DNA of 64,000 nucleotides from an uncultured Rickettsiales bacterium (GTDB lineage Bacteria; Myxococcota_A; UBA796; UBA9615; CAYRNR01): NCBI GenBank assembly GCA_964584075.1, contig CAZOYV010000001.1, positions 25,701 to 89,700 of the forward strand, read 5' to 3'. Shown piece by piece: positions 1 to 7,020 of this stretch (position 1 is its first letter; each line of letters starts with the position of its first letter). The notes under the pieces were generated by a model. It saw only the letters and a program-made list of their open reading frames with translations, ran no database searches and was not told where the DNA came from. The position numbers and the translations under genes were made by a program.

Positions 1-1
1 C

Positions 2-247
2 CTGCAGCGCTGGCCCCCCGACGCGCTCGCGGCGTACCGCGAGGCCCTCGACGGTCAGCGAAGGGACCTGGAGCAGTTCGACCGCAAGCGGACCCCGCCC
101 GAGGCGGTGGCCGAGGTGGTGCACACCGCGCTGACCGCGGCGCGTCCCCGCGGGCGCTACACCATCGGGCACATGGCCCGCGCGGCGGCGTTCCTCGAGC
201 TGTTTCCCCAGGGCGTGGTCGACCGGATCATGGCCGGCCGCGCGTAG
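2..247 (+). CDS. 3' end of an upstream gene (partial, continues left of the window); the C-terminal fragment resembles a short-chain dehydrogenase/reductase tail
   Basis: Open frame from the window edge to TAG at 245-247. Translation ...PEAVAEVVHTALTAARPRGRYTIGHMARAAAFLELFPQGVVDRIMAGRA. No start codon lies inside the window. Confidence 0.45.
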   Translation: MQRWPPDALAAYREALDGQRRDLEQFDRKRTPPEAVAEVVHTALTAARPRGRYTIGHMARAAAFLELFPQGVVDRIMAGRA

Positions 248-259
248 CCGGCGACCTCC

Positions 260-1636
260 CTAGGACGAGCTGAACAGCGGCACGCCGCCGTCGACGCGCA
301 GCTCCGTCTGACACGTCGGGCAGTGCAGGTGGGCCTCGCCCAGCGGGATCAGCACGCGGGTGCCGCAGCCGCTGCAGGGGATCTCGCCGCGGCCCACGTC
401 GTTGATCCGGCCGCAGGCCTCGCAGACCACCTGGCTGGCGCCCTCGAGCACGGCCAGCTCGCCGCCGCAGCCGCCGCAGTGGCTGTGGTGGGCGTCCAGC
501 GGGGTGGGCTCGACGTAGTCCAGCTCCAGCCCGAAGCGCTCCAGCAGCCAGCTCCGCGTGGCGTCGTCGAGGTACGGCATCCAGCCCTGGACGAACATCG
601 AGACGCTGATCCGCTCCGCCAGCTCACGGCTGTACGGCTCGGGGTACAGCTCGGCCAGCGGGGCGACGGCGTCCAGCCAGCGCTGGTTGTGGGCGTCGAA
701 GGCCTCCACCAGCCGGTGGAAGCTGGCCTGCTCGATGCCCTCCTCGCCGCCCCAGTCCAGGTCCGCCACGGCGGCGTCCATCTCGGCGTCGGCCTCCTGG
801 CACGCGGGGTCGAAGGCCACGGCGGTCCAGCTCTCGGCGGTGTGGCGCAGCAGCTCGTCGCGGTACACCGGGTCGCCGATCCGCGGGGAGTACGAGGCCG
901 GGCAGGTCCGCATGTGGTGCGCGAACAGCTCGAGCTGAGTCTTCAGGTAGGCCTCGTGGTCGCCGGCGGCGAGGGCGGCGTCCTGGCGGGGCTTGAGCTT
1001 CTCGGCGAGGCGCTCGTACTCCGGGCCCGGGCGCGCAGAGCCGGCGGTCTCGCAGGCGATCCGCAGGTCGTAGTCCACCAGCGCGCCGCAGTAGTCGCAG
1101 TACAGGTACGCGGTCTGCGAGGGGGTCAGCTTGGAGGCGCCGCAGGTGGGGCAGTGGACCTGCTTGATCAGGCGCGTGGACTCGCCGGACAGCGCGCGCA
1201 GCAGCACGGCGATGGCGGCGTCTTCCCGGTCGGGTTCTTCGTCCTCGGCCTCGCTGTCCACGTCATCGTGTTCGTCGTCGTCCTCCTCGTCGGACTCGAT
1301 CTCGGATTCGTCCTCGACCTCGGGATCGACCTCGCTCTCGCTTTCGCTCTCGCTCTCGATCTCGTTCTCGATCTCGGTTTCATTCTCGATCTCGGTTTCA
1401 TTCTCGTTCTCGATCGCGGGCTCATTCTCGATCTCGTTCGCGACTCCGGGCGCGGTTGCCGTCTCGGTTTCGGCCTCGGACTCGGCCCCGGTCTGGGCGC
1501 CGGATCCGGACCTTCGCGAGTCGTCGCGGGTCAGGACCCAGCGGGTGAAGACGATCCCGACCGCCAGGAACAGGAACCCGACCGCCATGCACGCGATCAT
1601 CGCGAGCTGTCCCAGGGTGATCCCGGCGTCGGACAT
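260..1636 (-). CDS. Membrane-anchored protein with an acidic E/N/D/S-rich tandem-repeat linker and a C-terminal domain with several CxxC zinc-ribbon pairs
   Basis: 458-aa ORF. N-terminal transmembrane helix (LAMIACMAVGFLFLAVGIVF). Low-complexity acidic block (IENE/TEIENE/SESESE repeats). C-terminal CPTCG...CDYCG and CGGCGG...CEACG...CSGCG...CPTC motifs. The amino-acid diversity is typical of a real gene on this strand. Confidence 0.55.
   Translation of the reverse strand: MSDAGITLGQLAMIACMAVGFLFLAVGIVFTRWVLTRDDSRRSGSGAQTGAESEAETETATAPGVANEIENEPAIENENETEIENETEIENEIESESESESEVDPEVEDESEIESDEEDDDEHDDVDSEAEDEEPDREDAAIAVLLRALSGESTRLIKQVHCPTCGASKLTPSQTAYLYCDYCGALVDYDLRIACETAGSARPGPEYERLAEKLKPRQDAALAAGDHEAYLKTQLELFAHHMRTCPASYSPRIGDPVYRDELLRHTAESWTAVAFDPACQEADAEMDAAVADLDWGGEEGIEQASFHRLVEAFDAHNQRWLDAVAPLAELYPEPYSRELAERISVSMFVQGWMPYLDDATRSWLLERFGLELDYVEPTPLDAHHSHCGGCGGELAVLEGASQVVCEACGRINDVGRGEIPCSGCGTRVLIPLGEAHLHCPTCQTELRVDGGVPLFSSS
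1285..1445. repeat. Degenerate short tandem repeats (gatctcg/gttctc units) that encode the acidic IENE/TEIENE linker of the 260..1636 protein
   Basis: Visible reiteration of ctcgatctcggtttcattctcgat-type units in the sequence. Confidence 0.5.
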
Positions 1637-1689
1637 CGGCCCTCCTCGTGGGGGCGAGCGTCGATCCTATGACGGATCGGGTCGGCGAG

Positions 1690-3549
1690 TCAGAACGCCA
1701 GCGGTCCGGGGACGTACGGCAGCGTCCCGGCCTCGCCCACCGCGGGGGGATCGACGGGCTGCAGCGCGTCGCCGTCCCAGGACAGCCACCGCACCCGCTC
1801 CAGCGCGGCGGAGTCGTCGAAACGCAGGGAGAACCCGGTCGGCCCGTGCTCCCCGACGGCGTCGACGCGGAGCCGCGCGAAGCCGAGCTCCACCTCGTCG
1901 CCAGCGGCCAGGGGGTAGCGCGGGTGACGGCCCATCCGCTCGCCGTGCGTCGCGAGCAGCTCACCATCGACGACGTCGAAGCGCAGCGTGCGCGCGTCGG
2001 TCCGGGTCCAGCGCAGGTCGTGCGGTGCCAGTGAGAGGGTGTGCCAGCTGGCGGGGAAGGGGACGTCGCGGCGGTACAGCTCCAGCGGCAGGTAGACCCC
2101 CACCGCCGCATCGGGCGCGACGAGCACCACCACGTGTTCGCCGTCCGCGTCGGCCAGCAGCGGCACGGTCTGCGCGGCCAGCGCCGTGCCCTGGCGCGCG
2201 ATGCGGGTCAGCGCCGAGGTGCTGGCGTACCAGCTGATCGGCGGGGACGGCAGGTGCATGCACAGCAGCGCGATGGCCGCGATCATCGTCAGCCGCGCCA
2301 CGCCGAGCTTCTCCTTTCGGCGGTCCCAGTGGCGGAGCCCCGCACGGATCAGCACCGCCAGCAGAACCGCCCCGCCCAGTCCGGGAACCAGCAGCTGGCG
2401 GGCCGCCGGCTCCACCGCCACCGCCGGGATCAGCGCCAGCAGAGCGCCCGGGAGCATCCAGCGCAGCGCGGAGCGCTCGTCGGGCTCGAGCTCGTGCCAG
2501 GCGAACCGCAACCACAGCCCCACCGCCACAACCCCGATCAGCCCCTGGGCCAGCAGCACCGGCCGAAGCGCCGGCACGAACGACCACAGGTCGGACGGCA
2601 GCCGGCCGAGCTGGTCGCCGACCATCACCACCATCCGGGGGCCCGCCGCGAGCCAGTACTCGCCGGAGGTCGGCTCGAGGTAGCTGCCCGAGCCCCAGGC
2701 GCCGAAGCCGCCGATGCGGTAGACCACCGCCCAGGCAGCCGCCAGGGCGACCACCGGCAGGGCCCGCCCCAGCCGCCGCAGCCAGGGTACGTGCGATGGC
2801 CGGCCGTCCGGACCGGCCTCCCCCGGGTGGAACACCGCGTACGCCCCCGTGTAGGCCAGCACCCCCAGCGCCGTCTCCCCGCCCAGCAGCGCCAGCGCGA
2901 ATCCCAGCAGCGCCAGCGGCAGCCCCGGCCTCCAGCGGTCACGGCACCAGCGCAGGTACGCCGCGAGGCCCAGCACCCCCAGCGCCGTGGAGACCAGCGC
3001 GTGGCGGTTGGCGATCCAGTCCACCGGCATGTGGTGGGCCTCGTCCACGGCGTACAGCAGCAGCGCCAGCACCGCGGTCTGGCGGGGCAGCGTGCCGCGC
3101 AGCACCCACCACCAGGCCGCCAGCAGCAACAGGTACCAGGCCACCGAGTGAAGGTGGTAGGGCAGCGGGTGGTCGCCGAACAGCCGGTAGTCCAGCAGCT
3201 CGAGCTGGCTCGACAGTGGGCGCCAGAAGCTCAGCCGCAGCCCCTCGACGGTCCACCACGGGGCGGCGCCGGTCTCCACCGAGGCACGCCAGGTGGCCTC
3301 GCTACCGTCGTGGAACTCGAACAGCGACCACAGCCCGAACGCGTCGCGGAGCTGCTCGAGGTACGCGCCGCGCGGGCCGTCGTCGCCCGCAGTGGCGGCC
3401 TCGCAGACGGCGAGGTGGAAGTGGTCGTCGAACAGGAACGGTTGCCCCAGGGTCGAGGCCGTCACGAGCGCCGCCAGCGCCAGCGCGGTGGCCAGCGGGT
3501 GGGCGATCACCCCGTCGCGGACTCGCTGGAAGGGGGGTCGCTGCGCCAA
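1690..3549 (-). CDS. Large polytopic integral membrane protein (possibly glycosyltransferase-like, family not assigned) with a C-terminal soluble domain
   Basis: 619-aa ORF with many Trp/Leu-rich predicted transmembrane segments (e.g. WYLLLLAAWWWVL, ALLGFALALLGG). The overlapping frames are Arg/Ala/Pro-rich artefacts. Confidence 0.5.
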   Translation of the reverse strand: MAQRPPFQRVRDGVIAHPLATALALAALVTASTLGQPFLFDDHFHLAVCEAATAGDDGPRGAYLEQLRDAFGLWSLFEFHDGSEATWRASVETGAAPWWTVEGLRLSFWRPLSSQLELLDYRLFGDHPLPYHLHSVAWYLLLLAAWWWVLRGTLPRQTAVLALLLYAVDEAHHMPVDWIANRHALVSTALGVLGLAAYLRWCRDRWRPGLPLALLGFALALLGGETALGVLAYTGAYAVFHPGEAGPDGRPSHVPWLRRLGRALPVVALAAAWAVVYRIGGFGAWGSGSYLEPTSGEYWLAAGPRMVVMVGDQLGRLPSDLWSFVPALRPVLLAQGLIGVVAVGLWLRFAWHELEPDERSALRWMLPGALLALIPAVAVEPAARQLLVPGLGGAVLLAVLIRAGLRHWDRRKEKLGVARLTMIAAIALLCMHLPSPPISWYASTSALTRIARQGTALAAQTVPLLADADGEHVVVLVAPDAAVGVYLPLELYRRDVPFPASWHTLSLAPHDLRWTRTDARTLRFDVVDGELLATHGERMGRHPRYPLAAGDEVELGFARLRVDAVGEHGPTGFSLRFDDSAALERVRWLSWDGDALQPVDPPAVGEAGTLPYVPGPLAF

Positions 3550-3650
3550 GCCGTATCCCGTCCCCTCGAACCACCACGTTCGATTGGAGCGGATCGTACG
3601 GCCGAGCTCCGTCGCGATTGTGTATCGGCGTGTATCTCAGCGGAGGTCGT

Positions 3651-4313
3651 TCAGCACTCGGTGCACTCGCAGGACTGGTCGCAGTCCAGCATCCCCGGGG
3701 CCTCGGACTCGTCGCAGGTGGCGGTGCAGGCCCCGGACCCGCAGTGCACGACGGCGCCGGTGCAGGCCTCGGCGTCGCTGCCGCACTCGATGGTGCACGA
3801 GGCGTTGCCGCAGATCAGGTTGGAGTCGCCGCAGGCGTCCTTGGCGTCGCAGGTCAGCGTGCAGGCGTAGTCGTCGGGGCAGTTGAACACGCCGTCGTCG
3901 CAGGCGTCGAGGCCGTCGCAGATCATCACGCAGGCGTAGTCGGCGGGGCAGTCCAGGGTCTGGGCCTCGCAGGCCTTGATGCCGGTGCAGTCGATGGTGC
4001 AGACGTGGTCCTCGTCGCATCCGCCGGTGCACTGCTCGGGGCAGCTGGCCGAGCCCGGCGGGTCCGGGTCGGGCGGGCAGTCGTCGTCATCCCCGGCGTC
4101 GTCGTCGCCGTCGTCGTCGTCGCCGGTGTCGTCGTCGGCCGCGTCGTCGTCGGTCGATGGCGACCCCGCCGTGTCGTCGTCGGCCGTGTCGTCGTCGGTC
4201 GATGGCGACCCCGCCGTGTCGTCGTCGTCCGCGGGCTCCGTGCAACCAGGGCCCGCCCCGATCAGCAGCAGCCCGCAGAGAAGGGCCAGGGCCCATCGCA
4301 GTTCGAGTTTCAT
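3651..4313 (-). CDS. Secreted lipoprotein with a poly-Asp/Thr acidic repeat linker and a C-terminal Cys-rich domain (34 Cys in about 130 aa)
   Basis: Signal peptide with lipobox-like LLLIGAGPGC. Duplicated GSPSTDDDTADDDTA units. C-terminal CxxxC/CxC-rich module. Confidence 0.6.
   Translation of the reverse strand: MKLELRWALALLCGLLLIGAGPGCTEPADDDDTAGSPSTDDDTADDDTAGSPSTDDDAADDDTGDDDDGDDDAGDDDDCPPDPDPPGSASCPEQCTGGCDEDHVCTIDCTGIKACEAQTLDCPADYACVMICDGLDACDDGVFNCPDDYACTLTCDAKDACGDSNLICGNASCTIECGSDAEACTGAVVHCGSGACTATCDESEAPGMLDCDQSCECTEC
4150..4243. repeat. Direct tandem duplication of about 46-48 bp encoding the TAGSPSTDDDTADDD unit
   Basis: cgtcgtcggtcgatggcgaccccgccgtgtcgtcgtcg appears twice in tandem. 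Confidence 0.55.
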
Positions 4314-4338
4314 GGTTCTTCCCTCCCGTTGCGCAGGG

Positions 4339-5178
4339 TCATGCTTCCTCGGTCTCGACGACCAGCTCGGTGATCGTCTGGTTGCCGCTGACCTCGATGG
4401 CGATCACCTCGACCCCGTAGATCGTCCCGGGCTCCAGGAACCCGTCGGGGATCGCCACGCTGGTCACCGTGGGCCGCACGTGGATCGAGATCTCGGGCAC
4501 CGAGTTCCCGTGCGGGTCCGAGTCCTCCTCGTCGACCACGATCACCTCGTAGCCCGTGATCTCCACCGTCCCACCGAGCAGCGAGTCGGTCACCGGCTCC
4601 CACGACACCACCAGCCCCGTGGTGGGGATCGCGGCGCCCTCGGTGGGGCTGGTGACCACCGGGCCGGCCGGCACGTCGTGGGTCACGGTGCCGAAGCCCT
4701 GCAGCTCGATGCCGTCCCAGGTGCGGCCACGGACCTCGTACTGCCCCTCGGGGAAGTGGGCCAGGTGATCCTCGATCGGCACCTCGGCGTCCTCCGGCTC
4801 CCGCGACTCGAAGAACAGCTCGGAGAGCCCCAGATCCTGAAGCTGGCCCACCGGCTTCAGTGCCAGGATCTGTTCCCCGTCGGGACGGTACACGCACAGC
4901 TCCGCCCAGCCGCTCTGGTCCAGCAGCCCGTGCAGCCCGGTGTCGCCGTCGGTGTCGTTGCGCTCGAAGTACAGCTTGGTGTCCTCGATCGGCACCGGAT
5001 CGGTGACGTCGGCGCAGGCCAGCGGGTCCGCGTCGTCGTCCCCGGCGTCGTCGTCGCTCGCGTCGTCGTCGCCGCATTCGTCGGGACAGCCGGCTGGGCC
5101 GAGGGCCAGCACCATCGCGGCCACCAGGACCAGCCAGGCCCACGGCGCCCGCTGGTCGTGCAGGGTTCGCTCGTTCAT
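4339..5178 (-). CDS. Acidic secreted lipoprotein (hypothetical)
   Basis: ORF 4339..5196 in the track. The likely start is Met at about 5178 (MNERTLHDQRAPWAWLVLVAAMVLALGPAGC, a signal peptide plus lipobox-like GPAGC). It is followed by a D-rich block (DDDASDDDAGDDDAD). The protein is very acidic overall. Confidence 0.5.
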   Translation of the reverse strand: MNERTLHDQRAPWAWLVLVAAMVLALGPAGCPDECGDDDASDDDAGDDDADPLACADVTDPVPIEDTKLYFERNDTDGDTGLHGLLDQSGWAELCVYRPDGEQILALKPVGQLQDLGLSELFFESREPEDAEVPIEDHLAHFPEGQYEVRGRTWDGIELQGFGTVTHDVPAGPVVTSPTEGAAIPTTGLVVSWEPVTDSLLGGTVEITGYEVIVVDEEDSDPHGNSVPEISIHVRPTVTSVAIPDGFLEPGTIYGVEVIAIEVSGNQTITELVVETEEA

Positions 5179-5258
5179 GTGGATCTCCCTCTCCACTACG
5201 ATGATCCGATCCCTACCACCGGAACATGAAGCTCGGCTGAAGTCGGCGGGCCGCAGAT

Positions 5259-5288
5259 GGGGTCAAGTCGCGTGTTGTATAGTTGCGC
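5259..5288 (+). repeat. Copy 1 of a 29-30-nt conserved AT-rich element GGGGTCAAGTCGCGTGTTGTATAGTTGCG(C)
   Basis: Exact sequence identity with the copies at about 5472-5501 (+) and about 24831-24859 (-). It is the most AT-rich stretch in an otherwise >70% GC region. Confidence 0.8.
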
Positions 5289-5471
5289 TGGGATCAGGGT
5301 CCCGGCGGCCAGCGAGTTGGGTTGCTGTCACGGCCTTGGTGGCGAGAAGGGGCGGCGGCCGAGATCCGGAGCGGCGGGGGCGGTTCGGAGGGGCAGCCCG
5401 TGCCTGCTGGGGCCTGGGGGGCGTCTCGGGCGCTTGGGTCGAGATGGATTCCAGCAAAAGGTGGCGGCCTT

Positions 5472-5501
5472 GGGGTCAAGTCGCGTGTTGTATAGTTGCG
5501 C
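5472..5501 (+). repeat. Copy 2 of the 29-30-nt element, ending 2 nt upstream of the ATG of the 5503..6399 gene
   Basis: Identical 30-mer, followed by ccATG. It contains TATAGT 7 nt upstream of the ATG, which would suit a leaderless-mRNA promoter. Confidence 0.8.
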
Positions 5502-5502
5502 C

Positions 5503-6399
5503 ATGCGACGTCTCTGCACGATCGGGCCGCTCCTCGTCTTGCTGGTCGTCACGCTGGCCGGCCCCGCCGCCGCGGGACCGTGGGTCCCCGAGCCGGGCCA
5601 GGGCTACGCCAAGCTCGGGGTGCGCTGGCTGCCGGGGTTCTTCTACTTCCCGGGCCCCGAGCACGCCGACGAGGAGGGCTGGGACGGGCCCCAGCCCTAC
5701 GGCGCCTACCACGAGCTGTTCGTCGAGACCTACGCCGAGCTGGGTATCGCGCCGGGCGTCGCGCTGACGTTCGGCGACCAGGTGCTGCGGACCTTCCTGC
5801 TGGCGGATCCGCGCTCCGGCGACGTGGGCGCCCACGCCTCCGCCGGGGAGCCGGGGCTCGGCCTGCGGGTCGGCCTGATCCGGTCCGGGCCGTTCGCCTC
5901 GTCCGTCGAGCTGGGGTGCCGCGCCCCGCTGATGCCCGGCGATCCCGTCCAGCCGGTGATCGGGACGGCCGAGGGGAACCCCACCGTCGGCGCGCTGCGG
6001 ATCGCCACCGGGGTCTGGGAGTTCCAGGGCCTGGTTGCCGCCGGCCTGGGCTGGTCGCGGGGCTACCTGGCGTGGTCCGCCGGGGTGGTCGGCCGCGGCG
6101 GCGGCTTCGACACCCTGCTGGTGTGGTCCGTCGAGGGGGGTCGCCCGCTGGGCCAGCGGGGGCTCGTCCAGGGCCGGCTGCGGTTCACCGGCCAGCACCC
6201 CCTCGGCGACGGCGACGCGCCGTACCACCGCAGCCCCTCCGGGATCGGCAACGGGACGCGATTCGTGGCGTTCACCGTCGAGATCGAGCGGCGGGTCGCC
6301 GAGCACGTCTCCCTCGGCGGCTCGCTGGCCGGCGGGCTCGGCCCCGTGGCGCGGCAGACCGGCGGGCCGGTGCTGTCGCTGTACCTCGCGGTGCACTGA
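5503..6399 (+). CDS. Secreted hypothetical protein (signal peptide, about 298 aa)
   Basis: In frame with track ORF 5257..6399. Met at about 5503 begins MRRLCTIGPLLVLLVVTLAGPAAAGPW, a classic signal peptide. The mature region is Gly/aromatic-rich. No Shine-Dalgarno is present because the repeat element abuts the ATG. Confidence 0.5.
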   Translation: MRRLCTIGPLLVLLVVTLAGPAAAGPWVPEPGQGYAKLGVRWLPGFFYFPGPEHADEEGWDGPQPYGAYHELFVETYAELGIAPGVALTFGDQVLRTFLLADPRSGDVGAHASAGEPGLGLRVGLIRSGPFASSVELGCRAPLMPGDPVQPVIGTAEGNPTVGALRIATGVWEFQGLVAAGLGWSRGYLAWSAGVVGRGGGFDTLLVWSVEGGRPLGQRGLVQGRLRFTGQHPLGDGDAPYHRSPSGIGNGTRFVAFTVEIERRVAEHVSLGGSLAGGLGPVARQTGGPVLSLYLAVH

Positions 6400-6402
6400 G
6401 CG

Positions 6403-6813
6403 TCAGTTGCAGTAGGCGTCGTTGCTGCGGAGGATCGCCCGGCACGGGTTGGTGTCGCAGTAGGCGTCGTTGCTGCGCAGGTAGGCCCGGCAGTCGCCGG
6501 TGTCGCAGTAGGCGTCGTTGTTGCGCAGGATCGCCTTGCAGTCCCCGGAGTCGCAGTAGGCGTCGTTGGAGCGGATGATCGCCTTGCGGTCGCCCGTGTC
6601 ACAGTAGGCGTCGTTGTAGCGCAGGATCGCCTTGCAGTCGCCGGTGTCGCAGTAGGCGTCGTTGTAGCGCAGCAGCGCCTTGCAGTCGCCCGGCGACCAC
6701 GACCGGTAGCCGGCCTTGAGCTGCAGCGGCCGATCGGCGATGGCGATGCCGGCCAGCGAGCCGAGCAGGGCCACCACCACCGGGATCGTGATCCACCATC
6801 GGGTCCTGGACAT
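6403..6813 (-). CDS. Small secreted protein made of about 7 tandem 16-aa Cys-containing repeats (consensus CDTGDCKAILRYNDAY)
   Basis: 136-aa ORF with an N-terminal signal/TM segment (ITIPVVVALLGSLAGIAIA), followed by a perfect 16-aa periodicity with 2 Cys per repeat. It is encoded by a 48-bp DNA tandem repeat. Confidence 0.55.
   Translation of the reverse strand: MSRTRWWITIPVVVALLGSLAGIAIADRPLQLKAGYRSWSPGDCKALLRYNDAYCDTGDCKAILRYNDAYCDTGDRKAIIRSNDAYCDSGDCKAILRNNDAYCDTGDCRAYLRSNDAYCDTNPCRAILRSNDAYCN
6416..6703. repeat. 48-bp tandem repeat, about 6 copies (gtcgttg.tgcgcag.atcgcc.tgcagtc.cc.gtgtcgcagtaggc)
   Basis: Direct reading of six consecutive 48-nt units with about 85-95% identity. They are in frame with the 6403..6813 ORF. 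They are not CRISPR-like: there are no unique spacers and the region is coding. Confidence 0.8.
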
Positions 6814-7020
6814 GGCGCCTCCCTCCGCGCGCTAGAACCGCCCGCGCCCGCCGCCTATTCCCGCGATCGCGGCGAACGTCGCGGCGACAGGGCCGTGCGG
6901 CTGCGTCGACGGATTCCTCCACCCGGGCCATCTTGTCAGCTCCCCCCCTTCGTTGGTAGTCAGGGTCTCTGCATCGGCGGCCCGCGAGCGAGCGCCGCCG
7001 CCGGTCCGGTGGAGGTCCCC

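Noticed and set aside
5496-6578. 360-aa + ORF beginning at the TTG inside repeat copy 2 (frame 0)
   Set aside because: It is Arg/Gly/Pro-rich low complexity. The frame-1 product from ATG 5503 has a signal peptide and realistic composition. The track's M here is an alternative-start artefact.
6416-6703. Regular 48-bp direct repeats considered as a possible CRISPR array
   Set aside because: The units are contiguous with no unique spacers. They are in frame and encode a 16-aa peptide repeat, and no cas genes are present. This is a coding minisatellite.
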